A stretch of 64,000 nucleotides of DNA from an uncultured Spirochaetota bacterium (GCA_963768665.1 CAVYIU010000007.1:512494-576493), one strand, 5' to 3'. Shown: positions 30,821-41,000, counted from the first letter of the stretch. Numbers and translations are program-made. Notes: a model not told the origin generated them from the sequence alone.

Positions 30821-31740
30821 TGCTTCCTCACTCTGGGGGCCGGTGTGCCAGCCTCCGTTGCGCTTTCCCGCGCCAGCAGCTTCATCAGGATGGGGCCCTG
30901 GGCGCGGATGTGCTCAGAGAGCAGCGCCCGCGCCCGTGCCTGGTTGCGGGCGACAAGTGCCTCCAGGATCCCCCGGTGCCGCCGGACCATCTCGCCGACC
31001 ACCGCGGTCTCGGGGGCGGCATGGTAGAACAGCTCCGTGTAATAGCGCGCGTTGTACTGCTGGAAGAAGAGTCGGAGGTAACGATTGCCCGTTTTTTCGA
31101 TAATGTAGTCGTGCAGCCTGTTGTCGAGCTGGTGTGCCACCCGGACGCCGGGGCGCCCGTTGCTGGCGATCAGCGCCCTGAGCTCTGCGGTCTCAAGGCG
31201 TCCCCACGCCAGCGCGAGGGCCTTGAGCTCGAGGGCCTCGCGCACGACCAGGTACGCGTTCATGTCCTCGGGAGACAGGGGACGCACGAGCCAGCCGCGC
31301 CTCGGCACGTGCTCGATGATCCCCACCCCGGCGAACCTGCTGAAGGTCTGGCGGATGATGGACCTGCCAACGCCAAGCTTCCGGGCGAGGGATTCCTCCC
31401 GCATGTACATGGCGTGGGGCCGGAGGCTCGACAGCATGACCTCCTTCAGCAGCGCCGTGTCCCAGTCCCGGGGCGTCGGCGGGACGGGAAGCGGGCGCAG
31501 AGGCGCGCCGGTGCGCGCCCGGCGCTTCACCAGCCGGAGCCGCCGGTTGGGGAGCCTTTCGAAGAAGCCCTCGGCCACCAGCGCGTTCACCGCGTTGCGC
31601 AGCGGCGTGATGCTCACCCCGTAATCCCCGGCGAGCTCCGCCAGGGAGAGGCGGCCCGACACGTCTTCTCCCGACAGGATCCTGCGCCGAAGATCGTTCC
31701 TGATGTAGTCGGTCAGGCTGATCGCCGTTTCGCACCGCAC
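30817..31740 (-). CDS. GntR (FadR/FCD) transcriptional regulator with two tandem winged-HTH domains
   Basis: HTH1 LAELAGDYGVSITPLRNAVNALVAEG. HTH2 EESLARKLGVGRSIIRQTFSRFAGVGIIEHVPRRGW. FCD REALE, DNRLH, GNRYL. Confidence 0.88.
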   Translation of the reverse strand: MRCETAISLTDYIRNDLRRRILSGEDVSGRLSLAELAGDYGVSITPLRNAVNALVAEGFFERLPNRRLRLVKRRARTGAPLRPLPVPPTPRDWDTALLKEVMLSSLRPHAMYMREESLARKLGVGRSIIRQTFSRFAGVGIIEHVPRRGWLVRPLSPEDMNAYLVVREALELKALALAWGRLETAELRALIASNGRPGVRVAHQLDNRLHDYIIEKTGNRYLRLFFQQYNARYYTELFYHAAPETAVVGEMVRRHRGILEALVARNQARARALLSEHIRAQGPILMKLLARESATEAGTPAPRVRKQ

Positions 31741-31807
31741 CTTTCGCGGACGGCCGCGCGCCCGCGAGGCGCACCGGGCACCGTGGTCCGCCCCGTGACG
31801 ATTTCAC

Positions 31808-31851
31808 TGGACACTCTACTGCGAGACTGGTACTTTGTCAACAAGATAAAT
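31808..31851 (+). promoter_or_regulatory. Promoter of the second enolase gene with GntR-type operator
   Basis: TGGACA-N17-TACTTT with extended -10 TG, overlapped by TTTGTCAACAAGATAAAT (31834-31851). Confidence 0.65.
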
Positions 31852-31886
31852 GAACGGCCCGCGGCGGGGCGAACGCAGGAGGCAGG

Positions 31887-33065
31887 GTGAGAATCACATC
31901 GATCGAGACGATTCCCGTGAGTCTTCCTGTCGGCAGGTTCCGGGACGGCATGGACAAGGTGCTGGGGCACAGCGTCCCGCGGCGCTATGACGCGGGACGG
32001 GCTCCCGCCCCGGGCCGGGGCGCGGATTCCCGTGGCACTCTCTTCCTGTCGAACGTCATCGTGAAGATCCATACCGACGAGGGCGTGACGGGTATCGGCG
32101 AAGCGGCCTGCGATCTCACCGAACCGGTGGACGTGGTGAAGGCGATGATCGACCACCACATGGCCGCCGTGCTCATCGGGGAGGATCCCATGAACTGGGA
32201 ATACCTCATCGACCGCGTGAGCTGGGACGAGGCGCGCGGCGCCACGAGGTTCTCCACCTCGGGCATCGACCTGGCGCTGCACGACCTCGTCGGGAAAGCG
32301 CTGGGCATCTCCATCACCACCCTCATCGGGGGCCGCCGCAGGGAGAAGGTGCTCGCCTCCATCGAGGTACCGCGGGGCACGCCGGAGAGAATGGCCGACC
32401 ACAGCGCGGAATACTACCAGCAGGGCATCCGCGGCATCAAGGCGAAAGTGGGCTCGGACCCGCGGAGGGATGCGGAGTGCATTGCGGCAATCCGGGAAAA
32501 GCTCGGGAGCGAGGTCAGCATCAGGGCAGACGCAAACTGCGGCTACACCCTCGCCGAGGCCAAGTCATTCTGCGCACGGGTGGAGCGGCTCGACGCGGGC
32601 CTCGAGCTCCTGGAGCAGCCCCTGGAGAAGCACGACCTCGCCGGGTTCCGCGAGCTTCGCGCCGCCACGGGCATTCCCATCGAGGTCGACGAGAGCGCTT
32701 ACAGCCTCGGGATGGTGGGCCTCATCCTCCGCCAGGACGCGGCGGACATCATCAACACCAAGTGCGCCAAGGCCGGGGGAATCAGGGGTGTGCGGCAGTG
32801 GGCTGCCGCGGCCGCAGCGGCCGGCCGGCAGATCGTGATCGGGACCGAGTGGGGAGCGGGGCTCAAGGTGGCCGCCAAGCTGCACCTGGGGGCAGCGGTG
32901 GAGAACGCCGACCCGGTGGTCGAGCTCACCGAGATCATGATCCACGAGCTGCTCCTGAAAGAGCCCCTGCCGCTGGAGGACGGCTACCTCCGCGTCCCCA
33001 CCGGACCCGGTCTGGGGCTCGAGCTCGACCTTGCAAAGGTGGAGGAGTTCCGGACCCGCGCGTGA
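31887..33065 (+). CDS. Enolase-superfamily enzyme, MLE subgroup (paralog of 11121..12299)
   Basis: GIGEA, IKAKVG, DANC, EQP, DES, NTK, PTGPGLG. Confidence 0.9.
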   Translation: MRITSIETIPVSLPVGRFRDGMDKVLGHSVPRRYDAGRAPAPGRGADSRGTLFLSNVIVKIHTDEGVTGIGEAACDLTEPVDVVKAMIDHHMAAVLIGEDPMNWEYLIDRVSWDEARGATRFSTSGIDLALHDLVGKALGISITTLIGGRRREKVLASIEVPRGTPERMADHSAEYYQQGIRGIKAKVGSDPRRDAECIAAIREKLGSEVSIRADANCGYTLAEAKSFCARVERLDAGLELLEQPLEKHDLAGFRELRAATGIPIEVDESAYSLGMVGLILRQDAADIINTKCAKAGGIRGVRQWAAAAAAAGRQIVIGTEWGAGLKVAAKLHLGAAVENADPVVELTEIMIHELLLKEPLPLEDGYLRVPTGPGLGLELDLAKVEEFRTRA

Positions 33066-33077
33066 CGATGTCCGCGC

Positions 33078-33116
33078 GGGAGGGGGCGCGAACGCCGCCT
33101 CCTCCTCGTTTTTTTT
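33078..33116 (+). terminator. Intrinsic terminator after the enolase gene
   Basis: Imperfect GGGAGGGGGCG/CGCCTCCTCC stem followed by T8. Confidence 0.6.
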
Positions 33117-33117
33117 G

Positions 33118-33146
33118 TTGACAGTGTCATTCCGGGAGGGTAGTGT
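33118..33146 (+). promoter_or_regulatory. Sigma70-type promoter of the second Opp operon
   Basis: TTGACA-N17-TAGTGT. Confidence 0.68.
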
Positions 33147-33201
33147 AGTCATGCCCGTGTCCTCGCCGGCCGGCCGGCAGAGGGGGCAAAGGAGGTACTG
33201 C

Positions 33202-34776
33202 ATGAGGAAATCCCGGCTCCTGCCGGCGGTGCTTGCAGCGCTGGTGCTGCCCGCCCTGGCGTTCGCGTCGGAGATCAGCATCAGGATGGCGGTCAACCCC
33301 GAGACGCTCGATCCCACGCTGGTCTACACCGGCGACGTGAACTTCATCACGAAGATGCTGTTCGTCAATCTCTGCGACTTCAACGAGGACAAGGCGATCC
33401 CGACACCGGATCTCGCGAAGACCTGGGAGGTGTCCAAGGACGGGCTTGTCTGGACCTTCCACCTCCGCAACGACGTGAAGTGGACCGACGGGACGCCCGT
33501 GACGGCCCACGACGTCGAGTACAGCATGAAGCACATCCTGGACCCCGCCACGGCGTCACCCCTGGGCTTCTACATGTACGTGATCAAGAACTCGAAGGCC
33601 GTCAACACGGGCGCCAGCAAGGACATGGACTCCGTCGGAATCAAGGCACTGGACGACTGGACCATCCAGTTCACGCTCGACAAGCCCCTCGCCTTCTTCC
33701 CCACGCAGATCCGGACGGTTGCGTTCGCGGCCCCGAAGCAGGCCATCGAAAAGTTCGGTGCGCGGTGGTTCGAGCCGCCGAACATCATCTCCAACGGCCC
33801 GTACATGCTCCAGTCCTGGAAACAGAATGACCGGCTGGTGTTCGTGAAGAACCCCAACTACTACGACGCGAAGAACGTGCAGATCGACAAGGTCACCGTC
33901 TTCGTCGTGACCGACGATTCCACCGCCATGGCGATGTACGAGGCGGGCCAGCTCGACACGACGAGCGTTCCTTCCGGTGACATTGACAGGGTCATGAAAG
34001 ACCCCGTGCTGTCCAAGCAGACGAAGAGCGTCAACCAGCTCATCTCCTACATGTTCCAGTTCAACGTCACGCAGCCCCCGGTGGACAACGCCAACGTCCG
34101 CAAGGCCCTTGCCGCGGCGATCGACAAGGTATCAATCACCAAGTACGTCACCAAGGGCGGCCAGATACCCATGGATACGGTGACGCCGCCGGGCGCTTTC
34201 GGAAGCATTCCCAAGTCGGCGCACATCGGGATCCCCTATGACCCCGCGGCGGCGCGGGCCTACCTGGCCAAGGCGGGATACCCGGGCGGAAAGGGGCTCC
34301 CGCAGATCACGCTCAATTTCAACACCTCGGAGCTCAACCAGGCCGTCGCCGAGGCGGCGCAGCAGATGTGGAAGAAGAACCTCGGCATCGACGTGCAGCT
34401 GAAGAACATCGAGGGCAAGGTCTACTGGGACGCCATCACCTCGGGGAACCTGCAGTTCTGGCGGATGGGGGTCAACGCCGATGTTCCCGACGCCGACGCG
34501 TTCGTGTACTCCACCGGCCACACCACCGACAGCGACAGGATCCTGAAATGGACACGCACGGACTTCGACAAGATCGTCGAGCAGGCGCGCGTCGAGCCGG
34601 ATCCCGAGAAGCGCAAGCAGCTGTACATGCAGGCGGAGAAGATCATGGACCAGGACGAGGCCGTCGTGATCCCCATCTACAGCTACGCCTACGTCGCCAT
34701 CACGAAGCCGACCCTCAAGCGCACCTATTCGTCGCTCATGGCTGACACCATCAAGAACTGGACCGTCACGAAATAG
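33202..34776 (+). CDS. Peptide-type ABC substrate-binding protein (OppA-like)
   Basis: SD AAGGAGG, signal peptide, PETLDP, SKDGLVWTFHLR, NGPYML, NVRKALAAAIDK. Confidence 0.94.
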   Translation: MRKSRLLPAVLAALVLPALAFASEISIRMAVNPETLDPTLVYTGDVNFITKMLFVNLCDFNEDKAIPTPDLAKTWEVSKDGLVWTFHLRNDVKWTDGTPVTAHDVEYSMKHILDPATASPLGFYMYVIKNSKAVNTGASKDMDSVGIKALDDWTIQFTLDKPLAFFPTQIRTVAFAAPKQAIEKFGARWFEPPNIISNGPYMLQSWKQNDRLVFVKNPNYYDAKNVQIDKVTVFVVTDDSTAMAMYEAGQLDTTSVPSGDIDRVMKDPVLSKQTKSVNQLISYMFQFNVTQPPVDNANVRKALAAAIDKVSITKYVTKGGQIPMDTVTPPGAFGSIPKSAHIGIPYDPAAARAYLAKAGYPGGKGLPQITLNFNTSELNQAVAEAAQQMWKKNLGIDVQLKNIEGKVYWDAITSGNLQFWRMGVNADVPDADAFVYSTGHTTDSDRILKWTRTDFDKIVEQARVEPDPEKRKQLYMQAEKIMDQDEAVVIPIYSYAYVAITKPTLKRTYSSLMADTIKNWTVTK

Positions 34777-34789
34777 GGACCTGGTATCC

Positions 34790-34820
34790 GCCGGCGGCGA
34801 GGCGCCGCCGGCCTTTTTTC
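34790..34820 (+). terminator. Hairpin/terminator between oppA-like and oppB-like genes
   Basis: 10-bp stem GCCGGCGGCG/CGCCGCCGGC followed by CTTTTTT. Confidence 0.7.
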
Positions 34821-34842
34821 CTCGCTCAGCCATGGAGGGGGC

Positions 34843-35766
34843 ATGACAGAGTACATCATCCGAAGGCTGTTATGGACGATCCCCACGCTCCTGCTGGTCT
34901 CGCTGATCACCTTCTTCCTGGCGCACGCGATTCCCGGTGGCCCCTTCGCCGGTCCCGAGATGAAGCGCATGTCTCCCGAGGTCATCGCGAATCTCAACAA
35001 CTTCTACCATCTCAAGGATCCCATCTGGAAACAGTACGCCGATTATGTCTGGCACCTCGTCCAGGGCGACCTGGGCCCGTCCTACGCCTCGCGGGGCAGG
35101 ACGGTGAACGAGATCATTGCGCAGGGCCTCCCCGCGTCGGCCGTGCTGGGTTTTTTCGCGCTCCTGGTGGCGATGGTGATCGGGATACCGCTGGGCATCG
35201 TGTCTGCCCTGAAGCAGAACACGGCCGCCGACTATCTCGGCATGTTCGTCGCCGTCGCCGGTGTGTCCGTCCCCGCGATGACCCTCGGCCCCCTCATGAT
35301 CGTCGTCTTCGCCCTCCAGCTCAAGGTGCTCCCCGTGGCCCAGTGGGGCACCTGGCAGCAGGTCGTCATGCCGGCCTTCACGCTCGGTTTCGGGAGCGCC
35401 GCCATCCTGGCGCGCCTGACCCGTGCCAGCATGCTCCAGGTGCTGCGGGAGGACTACATCCGCACCGCGCGTGCGAAGGGCCTGCCCGATCGCCGCGTGA
35501 CGGTGCACCACGCCCTCAGGAATGCGCTGATCCCGGTGGTCACCGTTATCGGCCCCCTGTTTGCCGGGCTGGTCACCGGCTCGATGATCGTGGAGCAGGT
35601 GTTCGCGATTCCCGGGATGGGGAAGTTCTTTACAATGAGCGTCCTGGGGCGGGACTACGCGGTGATCATGGGGACGACACTTCTCTATGCCGTCTTCCTG
35701 GTCCTCGCGAACTTGGCCGTCGACATCACCTATGCGCGGCTCGACCCGCGTATCCGCTATTCCTGA
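34843..35766 (+). CDS. Peptide-type ABC permease (OppB-like)
   Basis: YIIRRLL, GDLGPSY, EDYIRTARAKG, HALRNAL. Confidence 0.95.
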   Translation: MTEYIIRRLLWTIPTLLLVSLITFFLAHAIPGGPFAGPEMKRMSPEVIANLNNFYHLKDPIWKQYADYVWHLVQGDLGPSYASRGRTVNEIIAQGLPASAVLGFFALLVAMVIGIPLGIVSALKQNTAADYLGMFVAVAGVSVPAMTLGPLMIVVFALQLKVLPVAQWGTWQQVVMPAFTLGFGSAAILARLTRASMLQVLREDYIRTARAKGLPDRRVTVHHALRNALIPVVTVIGPLFAGLVTGSMIVEQVFAIPGMGKFFTMSVLGRDYAVIMGTTLLYAVFLVLANLAVDITYARLDPRIRYS

Positions 35767-35791
35767 GCCTTCCTCCTCAACCGGAGACACC

Positions 35792-36745
35792 ATGAACGAT
35801 ACCGAGACCACAGAGCCGATCCGCGTCAGGACACGCAAGGACAGTCCCGGCCGTGATGCGCTACGCCGGCTTCTCAAGAACCGGCTGGCGGTCGCCGGAG
35901 CGGTCGTCATCCTCCTCCTGGTGCTTGCCGCCATCTTCGCGCCGCTGGTGGCCCCGAAGCCCTACGACGAAGGCAACCTCGTCATGAACAACGCCGTGCC
36001 GGGGAAGGAGTACCCGCTGGGGGCCGATTTCATGGGACGCGACATGCTGAGCAGGCTCATCTACGGGACGCGGGTCTCGCTCACCGTCGGGTTCATTGGC
36101 GCGATCACCGCGTTCCTCATCGGGATCACCTACGGCACCATCTCCGGGTTCCTCGGCGGGAAAACGGACTCCGTGATGATGCGGATCGTCGATATCCTGT
36201 ACGCCTTCCCGACACTGCTCCTGATCATCCTCCTCATGGTCGTGTTCAAGACAACGCTGAGCGCGGAGTCCCGCAGTCCCTTCGTGACGACCCTGACAGC
36301 GATCGACCACTATTTCGGCGGGCTCCTGTTCATCATGATCGGGATCGGGTTCACGTCCTGGGTCGACATGGCCCGCATCTCCCGCGGCATGGCTCTCTCG
36401 CTGCGCGAAACGGAGTTCGTGCAGGCTGCGCGCGCCCTCGGGGCGAGCAACACGCGCCTCGTCCTGAAGCACCTGATGCCGAACCTGCTCGGGCCCTGCA
36501 TCGTGACCGTCACCCTGCGGATACCGGGGTTCATCGGCACCGAGGCGTTCCTCAGCTTCATCGGGCTCGGCGTGGATCCCCCGACCCCCAGCTGGGGCAT
36601 GATGATCTCCGAGGGGACGAGGGTCATGCGCGCGTATCCCCACCAGGCCATCTACCCGGGCCTCGCCCTCGCCCTGGTGATGCTCGCGTTCAATTTCCTG
36701 GGCGATGGGCTGCGGGACGCCGTGGACCCGCGCCTGAAACAGTAG
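35792..36745 (+). CDS. Peptide-type ABC permease (OppC-like)
   Basis: [46 protein letters not shown]. Confidence 0.95.
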   Translation: MNDTETTEPIRVRTRKDSPGRDALRRLLKNRLAVAGAVVILLLVLAAIFAPLVAPKPYDEGNLVMNNAVPGKEYPLGADFMGRDMLSRLIYGTRVSLTVGFIGAITAFLIGITYGTISGFLGGKTDSVMMRIVDILYAFPTLLLIILLMVVFKTTLSAESRSPFVTTLTAIDHYFGGLLFIMIGIGFTSWVDMARISRGMALSLRETEFVQAARALGASNTRLVLKHLMPNLLGPCIVTVTLRIPGFIGTEAFLSFIGLGVDPPTPSWGMMISEGTRVMRAYPHQAIYPGLALALVMLAFNFLGDGLRDAVDPRLKQ

Positions 36746-36775
36746 GGCCCCGGGCCCCTTTCACAGGGAGACGAG

Positions 36776-38808
36776 ATGGCTTCCGAGACCTTGCTCGAGA
36801 TCAGGGGACTGAAGACGCACTTTCACACCGAGGCCGGCACGGTCAAGGCCGTGGATGGCGTCGATTTCCTCATCCGCAGGAACGAGACCCTCGGGGTGGT
36901 GGGGGAATCCGGCTGCGGGAAGAGCGTCACGGCCCTGTCGATCATGCAGCTCATCGATGCGCCGGGGAAGATAGAGGCGGGAGAGATCCTGTTCGAGGGA
37001 GCGGACCTCCGGAAGAAGAGCCGCCGCGAGATCCACCACATCCGGGGCAACCGGATCTCCATGGTCTTCCAGGAGCCGATGACCTCGCTGAACCCCGTCC
37101 ATACGATCGGCGACCAGATCACGGAAGCCATCATCTTTCACCAGAAGCTGGACAAGAAAGAGGCGATGCGGAAGGCCGTCCAGATGCTGGACCTGGTGGG
37201 GATCCCCGACCCTGCCCAGCGCGTCCGCGAGCATCCCTACCAGCTCTCCGGCGGGATGCGGCAGCGCGTCATGATCGCCATGGCCCTCGCCTGCAACCCC
37301 AGCCTCCTGATCGCGGACGAGCCGACAACGGCGCTGGATGTCACGATCCAGGCGCAGATCCTGGAGCTGATGCGCGGGCTGAAGAGGGACCTGGGCGCCT
37401 CGATCATGATCATCACGCACGACCTGGGAGTGATCGCGGAGATGGCGGACAGCGTCGTGGTCATGTACGCGGGCAAGGTCGTCGAGTACAGCGACGTCCA
37501 TGCCGTCTTCGGCAGTCCGCGGCACCCGTACACCATGGAGCTGCTGGATTCCATTCCCCGGATCACCGACCAGCCCGGGCAGGAGGCTGCAGCCCATCGA
37601 GGGCTCCATTCCCGACGTCATGCACCTCCCGACCGGCTGCAGTTTCAGCCCCCGGTGCCGGTTTGCCGTCGCGCACTGCCGGAAGCAGGAACCGGGCCTG
37701 CAGCTGCTGCCGGACGGCCGCCAGGTGCGCTGCTGGATGTACTCCGCGGATCATGCGCCGCTGTTCCCGCAGGCGGAAAGCGTCCGGGCGAGGAAGGACG
37801 AGGCGCGCGGCGCCAGGAAGGCCGCGGAGCCCGAAGCGATCCTCCAGGTCCGGGACCTCACGAAGCATTTTCCCGTCAAGGGCGGGGTCTTCCAGACCGT
37901 CGTGGGGCACGTGAAGGCGGTCGACGGGGTGAGCTTCGACATCCGCAAGGGGGAAACGCTCGGGCTGGTGGGCGAGTCCGGCTGCGGAAAGTCGACGGCG
38001 GGCCGGCTGCATCCTGCGCCTCCAGGAACCGACAGCGGGGACGGTGCGCTTCGAGGGGAGGGACCTGTTCGCCATCGGCCGGAAGGAGTTGCGGGCGCAG
38101 CGACGCAACCTGCAGATCATCTTCCAGGACCCCTTTGCTTCCCTGAATCCCCGCATGACTGTCGGCGACATCCTGGCCGAGGCCTTCGTCATCCACGGGG
38201 AGAGGGGCGGCAGGGAGCTTGCCGCGCGCGTGGCGCGGCTGCTCGAGCAGGTCGGCCTCCAGCCCGACCACGCCAAGCGCTACCCGCACCAGTTCAGCGG
38301 CGGCCAGCGCCAGCGGATCGGGATTGCGCGCGCCATCGGTCTGAATCCCAAGCTGATCGTGTGCGACGAGCCGGTGTCCGCCCTAGACGTCTCCATCCAG
38401 GCGCAGATCATCAATCTTCTCGAGGATCTCCAGGACCGGCTGGGCCTGACCTACCTGTTCATCGCGCACAACCTCAGCGTCGTCAAGCACATCGCCGACC
38501 GTGTCGCGGTCATGTACCTCGGGAAGATCGTGGAGATTTCCTCAACGGGAAACGTGTTCGACACGCCCGCGCATCCCTACACCGAGGCGCTGCTGTCCGC
38601 CGTCCCGGTGCCTGACACGCGCGCGGAACGCAAACGCGTGATCCTGCGAGGCGAAGTGCCCAGCCCGCGCAATCCTCCCCCGGGGTGTCATTTTCACACC
38701 CGCTGCCCGTCCGTCATGCCGGTATGCAGGTCTGTCGAGCCGCGTCTCGTCGACATCGGGCAGGATCACCAGGTGGCATGTCACCTCAGGACCGCGCCGC
38801 GAAACTGA
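36776..38808 (+). CDS. Fused OppD-OppF ABC ATP-binding protein (frameshifts near 37577 and 38003)
   Basis: Three ORF pieces (36776.., 37500.., 38044..) give two full NBDs. The D-F junction is continuous within ORF 37500..38615. Confidence 0.88.
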
Positions 38809-40988
38809 GAATGGGTCGGCAGGAGGCCGGCTTCACGGGTGTCGAAGTTCTCGAATCCCAGCGCGAGGGCAGGAGATCCCGGCCTCACGCGGTAGTCGCC
38901 GCTCGCGGGGTCCACGAACAGGGGGTCCGCGAACACCGAGTGACGGTCGAAGCCCAGCGCGCGCCACTCTTCCAGCGAGTACTTCCGCTTCACCATTGAG
39001 CGGCGCGCATCGTCCCACGTGTCATGCTTGCCGTCGGCGCGCAGCTGGACGCGCGCGACGAACTGGCCGACGTCGCTCCAGAAGCAGTTGTTGTCGATCT
39101 CCTCGAGCCACGGCCCGCGCGCGGGGGGAGCTATCAGGGTGTAGATCTCCCCGTACCCGCGCCCCATGCTGAAGTTGAGATCGTCTTCCGGCTTCATCCG
39201 CGCGGCCCTCATGACCGTGATATTGCGGACATACCGGTCGTGGTTGTCCTCGTTGCCGACGTGAAAGCACGGCGCGTTGGCCCCGTTGACCCAGATGTTG
39301 TTGGAGATGCTGCGCCACGCCCCCTCGCGCAGCTTGACGCTCACGCCGACGCAGAGGTTCTTGTAGATCTCGTAGTGGGACGCGCCGTCATCGAGGTCCA
39401 GGCCCCACCCCGACTCGTCCTCGAAGACGTTGTGGCGCACGATCACGGGCTCCATCGCGTCGACCGTGACCTCCCCGGCGTCGTGGCTCCTGCCGGTCGT
39501 GTAAGGCATGTGGGACTGGGACAGGCACCAGTACCTGTCGCGTCCCCACGCGTTGAACGGACCGTGGTCGCCGGTCTCGCGGCAGGTGCCGCGCACGTGG
39601 TTGTACTCGATGAGGTGGCCGCCCCATGTCCCGTCGCCGATGCAGATGCCGGCCCGGGGCATGTCGTGGATCTCGTTGTGGGACGCCGTGATGCGCTTTG
39701 CGCGCGAGATGTAGACGCCGGCAACCTGCTTGCCGAAGACGCCGCAGTCATGCACCAGGTTGTTCTCCGCGCGGCACTCGTACGGGAAGCTGCGCTGCGT
39801 CCCGACTGTCGACTCCAGCGCCCCGACGAAGCAGATCGCGCTGTCGCCGGCCTCCGCGAAGGTGCATCCGCTCACCACGTTTCCTCTATTATAGTGGCTC
39901 ATGAAGACGCCGTTGCCGCCCACGGCGTCCAGGAAGCAGTCTTCGATGCGGCAATTGCGGGCGCCGGAAAGAAAGAGGGCGCCGCCGCGGTGGATGGCCC
40001 AGTCGCTCAGCGACGGGACCTCGTAAGGCTCCAGGAACGTGGTCGACGTGTGCGCGATGCGGAATCCCCGCAGCGTGATGTCGTGGACCGGGTCGTCCTG
40101 GGTCCCGACGAATCGAACCACGTGCTGGTGGAGCGGCACTTCCACGAGCGCGTTCTCCAGGTCGAGGCCCTCGGGCGGATAGAAGAAGAGGAGGCCCCGG
40201 ACCGTGTCCAGGTACCACTCGCCCGGCGCGTCCAGCTCCTCGAAGACGTTTTCCACGTAGAACCGGGACTCGCCGTTCACCTCGCAGGGCGCATCGCACC
40301 ACTTGGCGCCCATCTGGTGCCCGCCCTGCCCGAACCAGATGATGTGCCTGTCCCAGTCGATCTCCTTCACGCGCCACTGCAGGTTGCCCCAGTACTCGGA
40401 CTGGTAGATGTGGATCACCGCCTCGGCGGGGTTGGTCCAGCGCTTCCTCGTGAATGTCGCCGGGTCGAAGAGGATGCCTCGCGGCGCCCCGCCGGAGAAC
40501 GTCATGTCGTCGTCCGGGCCGGGGTGCGGATCCTTCTCGTCGTCCGAAAGCCTGCCCGCGGCGAGGATCGTGGGATCCCCGGAACCGACGTCCGGGTACC
40601 GCGCGCGGACCTGCCGCCTGCCGTTGACGAACAGCTGCGTGAAGGACGGTACGCCGAATCCGCGCGGGCCCAGCCGGCAGACCATCACGCCGTCTCCCTG
40701 CGCAGTCCAGTGGCAGTCGAGCCGGCGCCCTCCGCTCAGGGTCGCCGCCTCACCGGGCGCCGCGGCGTAGGTCACCGGCGCGGTCGGCGTGCCGGAGTCA
40801 CCGGGTCCAAGGATGAGGGGGCTGTCGAGATACCAGGTGCCGCCGTGCACGAGGATCGTGACGGGCTCTTTCCCGGCCCACCCGTGACTCCGGGCCGCGG
40901 CCTGCGCCCCGGCGACCGTCGCCAGGGGACGGTCCCTCGTACCGGGAGCGTCGTCCCGGCCCTCCAGCGCGACGTGCAGCTCGGCCAT
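38781..40988 (-). CDS. Right-handed parallel beta-helix protein (putative carbohydrate-active enzyme, GH141-like N-terminus)
   Basis: HGGTWYL, PVTYAA, LSGG, QLFVNG, ENVFEELDAPGEW, repeated beta-helix NN/HN rungs. No signal peptide. Confidence 0.75.
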   Translation of the reverse strand: MAELHVALEGRDDAPGTRDRPLATVAGAQAAARSHGWAGKEPVTILVHGGTWYLDSPLILGPGDSGTPTAPVTYAAAPGEAATLSGGRRLDCHWTAQGDGVMVCRLGPRGFGVPSFTQLFVNGRRQVRARYPDVGSGDPTILAAGRLSDDEKDPHPGPDDDMTFSGGAPRGILFDPATFTRKRWTNPAEAVIHIYQSEYWGNLQWRVKEIDWDRHIIWFGQGGHQMGAKWCDAPCEVNGESRFYVENVFEELDAPGEWYLDTVRGLLFFYPPEGLDLENALVEVPLHQHVVRFVGTQDDPVHDITLRGFRIAHTSTTFLEPYEVPSLSDWAIHRGGALFLSGARNCRIEDCFLDAVGGNGVFMSHYNRGNVVSGCTFAEAGDSAICFVGALESTVGTQRSFPYECRAENNLVHDCGVFGKQVAGVYISRAKRITASHNEIHDMPRAGICIGDGTWGGHLIEYNHVRGTCRETGDHGPFNAWGRDRYWCLSQSHMPYTTGRSHDAGEVTVDAMEPVIVRHNVFEDESGWGLDLDDGASHYEIYKNLCVGVSVKLREGAWRSISNNIWVNGANAPCFHVGNEDNHDRYVRNITVMRAARMKPEDDLNFSMGRGYGEIYTLIAPPARGPWLEEIDNNCFWSDVGQFVARVQLRADGKHDTWDDARRSMVKRKYSLEEWRALGFDRHSVFADPLFVDPASGDYRVRPGSPALALGFENFDTREAGLLPTHSQFRGAVLR

Positions 40989-41000
40989 GGCCGCGAGCCG

